From positions 73,295-137,294 of the forward strand of contig CAKOPW010000001.1 in NCBI GenBank assembly GCA_934101115.1: a stretch of DNA of 64,000 bases, written 5' to 3'. A model generated the notes under the pieces. It made no database searches. It saw nothing but the letters and a program-made list of their open reading frames with translations, and was not told where the DNA came from. Made by a program: the position numbers and the translations under genes. This document shows positions 49,237 through 57,610 of this stretch, one piece after another. This DNA comes from an uncultured Bacilli bacterium. GTDB taxonomy: Bacteria > Bacillota_I > Bacilli_A > RF39 > UBA660. The number at the start of each line of letters is the position of its first letter. The stretch's first letter is position 1.

Positions 49237-49597
49237 TAATGAGCTTCTCCTTTACATCTTTTAATATATTCAATGCCTGCAAGGGCGTTATAGAATCAAT
49301 GTCTAAGTTGATTATTTTTTCTTTAATTGAATCATCTATATTAGTTTTTAAACTATCTACAACTTCGACGTCTAAGTTGTGATTTTTAAAAACGCGCATG
49401 TAGTTATCAAGAACATCAGCAGGAAAACCACATTTGTATGATTCACTTGAGAATTTTACTTTTTTTAATACAACATAATCATTGATAGTATCACAATCTT
49501 CACCAACAAATATATAAAATTTGCCAGATTTAAAAAGATATAATTTGTTTGCATCTTCTTTTTTTAATTGCAAATACTTTTGATATATCACACTCAA
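49226..49597 (-). CDS. MutS domain-I-like small protein (DGR accessory)
   Basis: From TTG 49597 (AAAGGAGGTGG upstream): SVIYQKYLQLKKEDANKLYLFKSGKFYIFVGEDCDTIN...KCGFPADVLDNYMRVFKNHNLDVEVV. This parallels the MutS N-terminus: mqQY..iK.....lLfFR.GDFYElF..DA...PMaGiP......Y...L...G..VAi. Confidence 0.6.
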   Translation of the reverse strand: MSVIYQKYLQLKKEDANKLYLFKSGKFYIFVGEDCDTINDYVVLKKVKFSSESYKCGFPADVLDNYMRVFKNHNLDVEVVDSLKTNIDDSIKEKIINLDIDSITPLQALNILKDVKEKLISES

Positions 49598-49620
49598 TAT
49601 TACCACCTCCTTTAATCCTA

Positions 49621-49645
49621 TTAAAAAAGTGGAAATGATCCACTT
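49621..49645 (-). terminator. Hairpin terminator/attenuator between the TR and the accessory operon
   Basis: On the minus strand: AAGTGGA-tcatt-TCCACTT followed by TTTTTAA, just upstream of the RBS of 49226-49597. Confidence 0.5.
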
Positions 49646-49836
49646 CTTTTTATCTTTGATGTTCATCATTTTACTACTAACCAAAGACATTCTTTTTTAT
49701 ATTTTATTCTACTATGTAGAAAGGTTATAAATTTCTAAAATAAACACTAAAACAAAATCCGTAGATTAATGATATAAAATATGAATATATTTTTCTTATC
49801 TTTGTTTATGTGAAGAATAATCTTATATATTTTAGT

Positions 49837-49986
49837 GGAGAGAACAAGGCGGAACCCGATGTTAGCATTGGCGCCTCCTGTGTTCCTATTGAAGTTGAAC
49901 TGACCTGCGAGAACTCCATTGTCGTAATTGCCGCCCCGATTGAACCAAGGATACGAGGAGTCAACAAAGTTCGAATTGTCGCCATA
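49837..49986 (-). repeat. DGR template repeat (TR)
   Basis: 150 bp, ungapped match to 50184-50333. Asn (AAY)-rich in the reading frame of the VR. Confidence 0.9.
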
Positions 49987-50090
49987 AAGAGTAAAAAGAG
50001 TCAAAAAAGCTAATTTCAACAACTTATAACCTACATTTATACTAAGACTAATAAATTAATATTTTAAACTAACCTACTAGACATAAATGC

Positions 50091-50134
50091 CAAAAAAGTG
50101 ATTCCTTTCCGCTTAAAAAGAAGGCGGAAAGGAA
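50091..50134 (-). terminator. Terminator of the DGR target gene
   Basis: 11-bp stem TTCCTTTCCGC/GCGGAAAGGAA followed by TCACTTTTTTG on the minus strand. Confidence 0.7.
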
Positions 50135-50156
50135 TATTAAAAGTGAAAAAAGTAAT

Positions 50157-50180
50157 TGTAAAAAAACAAGTTTTTTTACA
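50157..50180 (-). promoter_or_regulatory. Hairpin abutting the VR 3' end, candidate DGR target-recognition element
   Basis: Perfect 10-bp stem TGTAAAAAAA/TTTTTTTACA with a 4-nt loop, starting right after the stop codon (50181-50183). Confidence 0.5.
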
Positions 50181-51590
50181 CTAGGAGAGAACAAGGCGGA
50201 ACCCGATGTCAGCAGCGGCGCCTCCTGTGAGCCTAGAGAAGTGGAACTGACCTGCGAGAACTCCATGGTCGTACCTGCCGCCCCGATAGAACCAAGGAGA
50301 CGAGGAGTGAACAAAGTGCGAACTGCCGCCATACCAACTATTATGGTATCTAGAGTTGTTATCTCCGTCTAAATATGTCTTGAATGGTCCCATCTCTCCC
50401 GTTGCATCTCCTAATATTCTATATTGATAAGATGTTAATGTAGATGATGCTGAGTATACATCATAATATTTAGAATCATAATTAGCAAGTGTTGTAGCAC
50501 TAAAACCACTTGATCCTAATTGACCACTCATATATGATGCCACATATTCATGTGCTCCACCAGACATATCATATATTCCACTTATATTTCCAGTAGTTGT
50601 TGCAAGATAACCGATACTTGTATTATAAGCGTTATTATATGTGTTTCCATCACCATAAGTTCCTGGATATGTTTGTTGGCTTGTACTTGGAAGTGCTGAA
50701 TATCCTGTTTTATATGAACTATTATTATTAATGTTAACTTCCGCATTGATTCCATATTTTGAATGGCTTAGATATGCTACTGCTCCCCATTCAGTGTTTT
50801 TCATCATATGTGAATTCATTGCTCTTTTATAATTATAAGCAGCTGTAAACATATTCATGACTGTTAAATTTCTCCATGAATAAGAATTTGGTTTTACAAT
50901 TATTTTGCTTGAATCATTGGAATTTACTTGAGCAGCAGTTGCACTTGTTGCTCCATTGTATCCAGTTTCAAACTTACCTGCCCAGAAGCCATTTACTCCC
51001 ATGCTTATAAATGCTGGATGTGTCATATATTCTCCGTTTTTACAATTTCCACTTGATCCACTTGTCATTGGAGTTTTACAAGATACTCCGGTTACATCTG
51101 TTGTATCAGTTGTATCAAATATTATCTCGATTTCATGAATATTTTTTGAAGCCGTTCCAGTATTCCATAACTTATATTTATATTTTGGAATCCATACAAA
51201 GTAACTTTGGATATCACTTTCTTTTATTGTGTCTCCTACTTTATAACTTGCTCCACTATTAAGAATAACGGCATTTGCCCAAACTTTATCACAGTAGTTA
51301 TACCATACTTTACTTGTATCGGCGTATGTTACAGTTCCATCATCTGAAATAGTAACTGGTATTAAACCATCGGTTAAATTGGGAACTGCAACTTCTTTTG
51401 AACAAGATGTTAAATCAGATGCCTTGCTATAAAGTTCATCTAATGCATCTTGAACGTTTTTGGATTTTAATAAAGACGAAGAATTATCATAATATACATC
51501 TTTTCCGATAATTAAATCTGCTGCATATGCTACACTTACAAATAGTACTAATGCACACATACCAATTATTAATATTTTTCTATTTTTCAT
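50181..51590 (-). CDS. DGR target protein: secreted, with a C-terminal C-type-lectin/FGE-like variable domain
   Basis: Signal peptide ..VSVAYAAD. HMMKNTEWGAVAYL and a C-terminal ...PWFYRGG.Y..GVLAGQF.F.R..GGA..DIGFRLVLS typical of the CLec fold of DGR targets. Confidence 0.8.
   Translation of the reverse strand: MKNRKILIIGMCALVLFVSVAYAADLIIGKDVYYDNSSSLLKSKNVQDALDELYSKASDLTSCSKEVAVPNLTDGLIPVTISDDGTVTYADTSKVWYNYCDKVWANAVILNSGASYKVGDTIKESDIQSYFVWIPKYKYKLWNTGTASKNIHEIEIIFDTTDTTDVTGVSCKTPMTSGSSGNCKNGEYMTHPAFISMGVNGFWAGKFETGYNGATSATAAQVNSNDSSKIIVKPNSYSWRNLTVMNMFTAAYNYKRAMNSHMMKNTEWGAVAYLSHSKYGINAEVNINNNSSYKTGYSALPSTSQQTYPGTYGDGNTYNNAYNTSIGYLATTTGNISGIYDMSGGAHEYVASYMSGQLGSSGFSATTLANYDSKYYDVYSASSTLTSYQYRILGDATGEMGPFKTYLDGDNNSRYHNSWYGGSSHFVHSSSPWFYRGGRYDHGVLAGQFHFSRLTGGAAADIGFRLVLS
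50184..50333 (-). repeat. DGR variable repeat (VR), the last 50 codons of the target gene
   Basis: 17 mismatches to the TR, of which 15 fall at TR adenines on the coding strand. Confidence 0.9.
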
Positions 51591-51600
51591 AACACCACTC

Positions 51601-52401
51601 CTACACTAACATCGAATTAATTTCATCTATTGCACATTGAACTGTTTCACAAATAGATCTTGATTTTGTATTATCATACTTAGTATATCTAGCATGTAAA
51701 ATAGACCAATCTGCATAGAGAATTTCATCTTCATCATCTTCTATTTTTGTCTTTTCATCAATAGTTTCTTTATCTTTATTAATCCAACCAAGAAAAATTG
51801 AATCTCCCCTTACAGTATTTGGCAAACCTTCATAAGTAGTATTTCCATCATATATTGTATAAGGTTTATCAATACTAGCTCCAGTTGAAGAATAGAAAAC
51901 AGCTTTGTTCTTCTTCACCGCAGTATCACGTGATACATCTTCATATGTTAATCTACATAGAATTGTTTTTTCGGTTGTATCACTTTTACTTATTGTCATC
52001 TCTCCAGAATTGATTTGTTGAGCACTAATTAGAGAATCAAAATTATTAGTAATATTTAATGTTGTATTGTCACTTGCTGAACAACTTAACTTAGCCGACT
52101 CATCATATTCTGTTGCATTATTTCTAACATAATAATCGATTTTAGTTGTTGTTCCGCTCATGGTAAAAGTGAAACTGGATAAATCATCTGATAAATAATC
52201 AAAATGATTTACAGAATCTACAAATACGTTTCCAATGTAACAATCCAAGTCACTTAGGTTAGCTGCTAATAAAGCGTTTCCTTTTGTGAACAGCTTACTA
52301 CTAACTGTTGCATAACCTATTGTCATAAGAACCAGACAACATATAATTATGTTCTGTTTAGATAAATGATAATTTTTTAGTTTGTTTGCAATTTTTTTCA
52401 C
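51601..52401 (-). CDS. Anchored protein with a Listeria-Bacteroides (Flg_new) repeat
   Basis: Leader LVLMTIGYATV... The N-domain is related to that of the glycine-rich proteins. C-terminal GLPNTVRGDSIFLGWINKD...ILYADWS. Lies 10 nt upstream of the DGR target gene. Confidence 0.6.
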   Translation of the reverse strand: MKKIANKLKNYHLSKQNIIICCLVLMTIGYATVSSKLFTKGNALLAANLSDLDCYIGNVFVDSVNHFDYLSDDLSSFTFTMSGTTTKIDYYVRNNATEYDESAKLSCSASDNTTLNITNNFDSLISAQQINSGEMTISKSDTTEKTILCRLTYEDVSRDTAVKKNKAVFYSSTGASIDKPYTIYDGNTTYEGLPNTVRGDSIFLGWINKDKETIDEKTKIEDDEDEILYADWSILHARYTKYDNTKSRSICETVQCAIDEINSMLV

Positions 52402-52530
52402 ATCTTTTACCTCTAATTATCTATGCTTTCTTCTATTCTTAATTTAACTATAACACAAATATCTCTTGCAGTAAATAGTTCGTGTGAATATTTTTATTTA
52501 AATAATATCATACTTGTAATGAGGTGTGTT

Positions 52531-52812
52531 ATGAGATTAAACTTTAAAAGTTTGCCTGAACTTTTAGCATTTAATATCAAATATTACCGTTATTTAAACG
52601 GTTATTCTCAAGAAAAACTGGCTGAATTATGTAAGTTAAGTCCAAGATATTTAACAGATATTGAAAGAGGAATCCATTGCCCTCCAATTTCTAAACTTGA
52701 GGTTTTAGCCAAAGCTCTTAATGTAGAGCCATATGAATTATTGCTAAATGAAGATCGTGATAAAAAAATAGTTCAAAAAATGAAGTCATTCAGGCAATAT
52801 AATCAAAAATAA
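52531..52812 (+). CDS. Xre-family HTH regulator
   Basis: GYSQEKLAELCKLSPRYLTDIERG. GAGGTG precedes the ATG at 52531. Hairpin CGAATC-gttt-GATTCG plus a T-run follows. Confidence 0.8.
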   Translation: MRLNFKSLPELLAFNIKYYRYLNGYSQEKLAELCKLSPRYLTDIERGIHCPPISKLEVLAKALNVEPYELLLNEDRDKKIVQKMKSFRQYNQK

Positions 52813-52850
52813 AAACGAATCGTTTGATTCGCTTTTATTTTGAAATATTT

Positions 52851-53291
52851 TTAGTCTTTATATAGCTCGTCATATTCATCTTGTGCTTCAATAGCTTCTA
52901 GAAATGATAGCTTAGCTTCACTTATCGCAAGTACAGCAAGTGATATACAACTTGATGAATATTCTAATCTGTCATCAATATATTTTTCTAATTTTTCTTT
53001 ATCTTTTAATTCTTTCTTCTCTTCTAGTTTAGATTTAAGATCATTTATATCATCTTGAATTTTAGTTATATGACTAGAAAATTTTTCGTGAGTGTCCTTT
53101 TGTTTTCTTTTAATGTTTTCTTTTGCTGTTTCAATATTCTTTTTAGTTTCATCTATTTTTTTGTCAACTTCATCTTTAGCATACATGCATTCTAAAACTG
53201 TAGTTTCTGTTGCATCCTTTAGATGTTTATTAACTTCATCAAATTCCTTATTAATCTTTTTTAATTTTTCTTTCATTTCTTTTTCTTTCAT
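52851..53291 (-). CDS. Hypothetical coiled-coil protein
   Basis: 146 aa, K/E-rich heptad-like sequence. No motif recognised. Confidence 0.4.
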   Translation of the reverse strand: MKEKEMKEKLKKINKEFDEVNKHLKDATETTVLECMYAKDEVDKKIDETKKNIETAKENIKRKQKDTHEKFSSHITKIQDDINDLKSKLEEKKELKDKEKLEKYIDDRLEYSSSCISLAVLAISEAKLSFLEAIEAQDEYDELYKD

Positions 53292-53441
53292 AAAAAATCT
53301 CTCCTATCCTATCTTATTATACCTAGTTTTTATAGATTAATACTCTAATCTATAGATAAATTGTAATATTTTGGGATGTTTTTGGTAAGAGCAAAAAAAA
53401 TAATTTGTATGTTATCTATACAAATTTATCTTTTTGTTATT

Positions 53442-53645
53442 TTATTTATTATTATCTTTCAAATTATTTCTTTCATCTAGTCCAAATATAATAATTCCAC
53501 CATATTTATTAGAAAAGCTAGAAAAAGTGTCATAGCATTTTTTAGAAAAACCTAGGGTTGCTGATTTGGCTTCGATCATATTTGTCTCAGAATTGTATTT
53601 TCGCAAAATATCTATCGCTTTGAATATATCCCCTCTTCCATAAAA
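53442..53645 (-). pseudogene. Start-less fragment resembling the N-terminus of an AlbA_2/Schlafen-type DNA-binding protein
   Basis: The open frame after a TGA reads FYGRGDIFKAIDILRKYNSETNMIEAKSATLGFSKKCYDTFSSFSNKYGGIIIFGLDERNN.., and then stops early. Confidence 0.25.
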
Positions 53646-53736
53646 TCATCTCCTATAGATATATAACACTTTAAAAAGTTGTTTTTCTTCTTTTTTCGAT
53701 AAAAAAACTACAGTTTTGAGCTGTAGTTTTGCGCGT

Positions 53737-55758
53737 TTATTCTTTTATAATATTTTTACTGCATAAATATGTTATTAAGAAATATCCTCCATATATAAGC
53801 ACAATAATCATACTGGTAAATATAACTGATTTTAATAAGCCGTTGTTTCCAAACATTTCAAGGATTTTTAAAGCAAAACGCATACCGAATATTGAATGTA
53901 TTATAGCAAGTAATAATGGTGTCATAAAGAAAATAAATATTTCTCTAAATAACGATTTTCGTATTAATTTATCATCAGCACCAATACGTCTTAGAATAAT
54001 ATATCTATTACGATTATCACTAGCTTCACTCAGATTCTTTAATGCAAGTATAGCTGCACTTGATATTAAGAAAACCACACCTAAATATATTCCTAAGAAA
54101 GTTACAATTACTCCTAACCCAACTGATGAATCTTCTAGATCAGTTTTAAACGAATAACCGACATTTCCAATATAAGAATTAGCTTTTTCAAAAATATCAT
54201 CAACATCATATTTTTTATTACGATTAGTTTCTTTATAAACTCCAATAAAATAATTATATTTTGGTTTTCTTCCTTTTAATACAGAATCTGGAACAACAAT
54301 TATACCTGTATTGGTTTTATTATTTGAAATCTCTACAAAGCCATCGATACATTTTTTATATTTAGGCTTTAATTCGTGGTTAAAAATTTTCACTTTAGTG
54401 TTTTTTTCTAAAGCCTCATTTCGCATATTCATCATTATTTCAAAATTAGCAACAATTATATATTCATCTTCGTTTAATCTTAATTCACTTTTCTTATACA
54501 ATCTAGCTATTTTATTGTAATCACTTAAAGACATAATAATCTCAAGTGGATCCTCGTCATAACCATATTTTTCCATCAAATAATCGTACATATCTCCTAC
54601 CGAATTGGAAAAGCAAAAAATCTCATCATAATAAAGATTAACAGAAGTATAATCACTTAGATAATTGCTATAATCAAATTTATTTTTATCATACCTTTCT
54701 TGTACGGTTAAATTTTTATATTCTGAATCATCAAAATTGGTTTCATCATAGCTATAAAACACATAAGTTTGAAAATCAGCAGGTGTTAACTCCTCTAAAT
54801 TTTTAGTAAGTGAGTCCCTTAAAGAAAAAGAACTAGATAATGCACATATTGTAATGAATAACATTAAACAGATCATGCTCATTGATACCACCGTAGTGTT
54901 TATTTTACTGCTTAATTGTCTTAGCATAAATGAATTTAAGCCTTTATAGTATACTCCTTTGATCTTGCTAACTATTTTCAATACAAGTCCGGATAAACTC
55001 CACATTATTAAAAATGTAGAAATAATACCATAAATTATTGGTTTAATAATATCTTTTAGATCTTTCAAATTTGATAAACCATCAGTTACCATATAGTATG
55101 CATATCCGAGTAAAGAGCAAGCAAACACAAAGACAAGCAAGCATATTATAGGATTTTTAATTTTAACTTTTTCGTTCTTTTTGCTTGAATAAAGCAAATC
55201 TATTAATTTACATCTTGTAACCACCAACGTATTAAATATCATAACTATTAAATACATTATTCCAAAATACATAAAAGTTTTTAACATAGCTGAAGTTGAA
55301 AATACAAAATGGTATTTTTCCATATCAGCATCAAAAAGGGAAGCAATTATAACACTCATTCCTTGAGATAAGAAAACTCCAAGAAAAAGTCCGGCTGCTA
55401 AAGAAATTATACCAATCATTAAAGTTTCTAAAAACAATATAAGAGATATTTTTCTTTTACTCATTCCCAACGTCAAATAAACACCAAATTCTTTATTTCT
55501 TCTTTTTATTAAAAACCTGCTAGCATAAATTATCAGAGCGCCCAAAATGAATGATACAAAAACGCTTGTTGCAGATAAAACAGATTCTAGTAAACCAATT
55601 ATTTCTTCAGTTCTTGAACTTATTTTTAACATTACAACTTGAGAATCAATTGAATTAAAAATATAAAATATTGATACTCCAAGCACTAGAGTAAAAAAGT
55701 ATATCGCATAATCTTTAAAACTCTTTTTTATATTTTTAAACGATAATTTAGCGATCAC
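53737..55758 (-). CDS. BceB-type FtsX-family ABC permease
   Basis: 673 aa with about 10 TM helices and a large extracellular loop. Followed by hairpin AAACTACAG/CTGTAGTTT. Confidence 0.85.
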   Translation of the reverse strand: MIAKLSFKNIKKSFKDYAIYFFTLVLGVSIFYIFNSIDSQVVMLKISSRTEEIIGLLESVLSATSVFVSFILGALIIYASRFLIKRRNKEFGVYLTLGMSKRKISLILFLETLMIGIISLAAGLFLGVFLSQGMSVIIASLFDADMEKYHFVFSTSAMLKTFMYFGIMYLIVMIFNTLVVTRCKLIDLLYSSKKNEKVKIKNPIICLLVFVFACSLLGYAYYMVTDGLSNLKDLKDIIKPIIYGIISTFLIMWSLSGLVLKIVSKIKGVYYKGLNSFMLRQLSSKINTTVVSMSMICLMLFITICALSSSFSLRDSLTKNLEELTPADFQTYVFYSYDETNFDDSEYKNLTVQERYDKNKFDYSNYLSDYTSVNLYYDEIFCFSNSVGDMYDYLMEKYGYDEDPLEIIMSLSDYNKIARLYKKSELRLNEDEYIIVANFEIMMNMRNEALEKNTKVKIFNHELKPKYKKCIDGFVEISNNKTNTGIIVVPDSVLKGRKPKYNYFIGVYKETNRNKKYDVDDIFEKANSYIGNVGYSFKTDLEDSSVGLGVIVTFLGIYLGVVFLISSAAILALKNLSEASDNRNRYIILRRIGADDKLIRKSLFREIFIFFMTPLLLAIIHSIFGMRFALKILEMFGNNGLLKSVIFTSMIIVLIYGGYFLITYLCSKNIIKE

Positions 55759-56512
55759 TTAAATCCCCTCCAAGTACAGTTACAACATCAATAATCTTGT
55801 CGAAAAATTCTTTTCTATCCAAGTTTCCCTTTTCTATTTCATTAAATATACGACCATCCTTGATAAATATTACTCGGCTGGAATAAGATGCGGTATAAGC
55901 ATCATGTGTAACCATTAAAATAGTCGACTTTTTTTCTTTATTCAAATATTCAAGACGTTCAAGAAGCATCTTAGCTGATTTTGAATCAAGAGCTCCAGTT
56001 GGTTCATCAGCAAGAATTAATGATGGATTTGTAATTATTGCACGAGCTGATGCTACTCTTTGTTTTTCTCCACCACTCATTTGATAAGGGTATTTATTCA
56101 ATACGTGAGTAATGTTTAAATATTTACTAACTTCCTTTATCTTTTCATCTAAATTTTTTACACTTTTGTTTTGAATGGACAAAGCAAGAGCTATATTATC
56201 ATAAGCAGTTAAAGTATCAAGTAAATTGAAATCTTGAAAAATAAAGCCTAATTCTTCTCTTCTGAATTCACTTAATTTGTTTCCTTTTAAAGTTGTGACA
56301 TCCAAGTCATTTAAATAAATATGACCACTGGTAACTTTATCAATAGTTGAAATACAGTTTAGAAGAGTTGTTTTACCACTTCCGCTCGCTCCCATAATCG
56401 CGATAAATTCACCGCGTTCAACATCAAAACTGATGTTATCGATAGCTTTCGTTAGACTCGATTTACTACCATAATATTTTTCTATTGAATCAATCTTCAA
56501 TAATTTTTCCAT
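55748..56512 (-). CDS. BceA-type ABC ATP-binding protein
   Basis: GASGSGKTT, MSGGEKQRVASARA, ILADEPTGALD. GGAAGGTGA precedes the ATG at 56512. Confidence 0.92.
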   Translation of the reverse strand: MEKLLKIDSIEKYYGSKSSLTKAIDNISFDVERGEFIAIMGASGSGKTTLLNCISTIDKVTSGHIYLNDLDVTTLKGNKLSEFRREELGFIFQDFNLLDTLTAYDNIALALSIQNKSVKNLDEKIKEVSKYLNITHVLNKYPYQMSGGEKQRVASARAIITNPSLILADEPTGALDSKSAKMLLERLEYLNKEKKSTILMVTHDAYTASYSSRVIFIKDGRIFNEIEKGNLDRKEFFDKIIDVVTVLGGDLSDR

Positions 56513-56599
56513 ATATTTCACCTTCCATGCTTTGATTATATGCTAAATTTATTAATTAATCGCGATTCTAATATTTCTATATCTTACAATTTTGTAATG

Positions 56600-57610
56600 T
56601 TAGATCTTATAAAGATCATTTTTGCCAAAAGTAATCGTTATTTCAAAATATTTATTTTCTTCACTTGTTGCACTTATTTTATGTCCAAGTTTTTCAATGA
56701 GTTTCTTACTTATATAAAGACCGAATCCAGTTGAATTACGCATCTTTCTTCCGTTTTCTCCAGTAAATGATTTATCAAAAACATGTTTTAAATCACTGGC
56801 ATTTACACCTATTCCATTATCTTTAATATGTAAAATAGTCTCTTTTTCATTATCTTCAATATAAAACATGATGTATGAATCTTTATTGTTATCACAATAT
56901 TTAATAGAATTATTTACTATTTGATTAAGGATAAAGACAAGCCATTTTGAGTCAGTTAAAACTTTAATATTCTTAACATCAACAGAAACATCAATATGAT
57001 TTTCAAGTATTGAATCTTTATTTTTTAAAAGTACTTCATTGATAATTTTATCCATGCTAGCTTCTTTAATTAAAAAGTCTTTTTCGGCATAGTTACTTCT
57101 AACATAATAAAGAATTTGATCAGTTAAATTATCTAAAGTATTTAATTGATCTAAAAATTTTCTATTAACATTTTTATTGTTATGATACATCAACATAAGT
57201 CCAGCTATCGGTATTTTTATCTCATGAATCCACATTTCCACATATTCTTTAAAATCTTCTGTTTCATTTCGATAATTGTTGATGTTTTCCATCATTGACT
57301 TATCAATTTTATATAAAGCATCATAAAAAACTTTTCCATCTAAAAATTCAGGTTCTTCCAAAGTTTCTAAGATCAAATATTTTTTATCCAATAAATTAAG
57401 GTTATTTAAAAAGTTATCATAATATTTTTTTCTCTTCAAGTAAAAGACAAGAAAATCGATAATAAAATATATACTTAATAGAACTAAAATCATTACAGTT
57501 AAATATTTATTTACATCAAATAAACTAAGCAAAAATAGTAAAATGATAAATAATACTACAAATAGTATTATATTAGCTCTTTTTTCTTTTATATATGTTT
57601 CTATACTCAT
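56600..57610 (-). CDS. BceS-like intramembrane-sensing histidine kinase
   Basis: Two N-terminal TM helices with almost no loop. H-box WIHEIKIP. N and G boxes (NSIKY, DNGIGV, GFGLY). Confidence 0.88.
   Translation of the reverse strand: MSIETYIKEKRANIILFVVLFIILLFLLSLFDVNKYLTVMILVLLSIYFIIDFLVFYLKRKKYYDNFLNNLNLLDKKYLILETLEEPEFLDGKVFYDALYKIDKSMMENINNYRNETEDFKEYVEMWIHEIKIPIAGLMLMYHNNKNVNRKFLDQLNTLDNLTDQILYYVRSNYAEKDFLIKEASMDKIINEVLLKNKDSILENHIDVSVDVKNIKVLTDSKWLVFILNQIVNNSIKYCDNNKDSYIMFYIEDNEKETILHIKDNGIGVNASDLKHVFDKSFTGENGRKMRNSTGFGLYISKKLIEKLGHKISATSEENKYFEITITFGKNDLYKI

Noticed and set aside
49598-49690. 31-codon N-terminal extension of the mutS-like ORF
   Set aside because: It contains the terminator hairpin at 49621-49645 and the strong AAAGGAGGTGG RBS that serves the TTG at 49597. 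The MutS-like similarity begins right at that TTG.
49747-50022. 91-aa minus-strand ORF (MLKLAFLTLFTLYGDNSNFVDSSYPWFNRGGNYDNG...)
   Set aside because: It is the DGR template repeat read in the frame of the VR. It has no RBS. Its 5' and 3' extensions are low-complexity read-through, and its Asn-rich core is exactly what a TR looks like. I treated it as non-coding template RNA.
50069-50332. 87-aa minus-strand ORF overlapping the VR and the downstream hairpins
   Set aside because: It is an alternative frame of the GC-richer VR region and runs through the target-gene stop, the VR hairpin and the terminator. It has no RBS and its composition is implausible.
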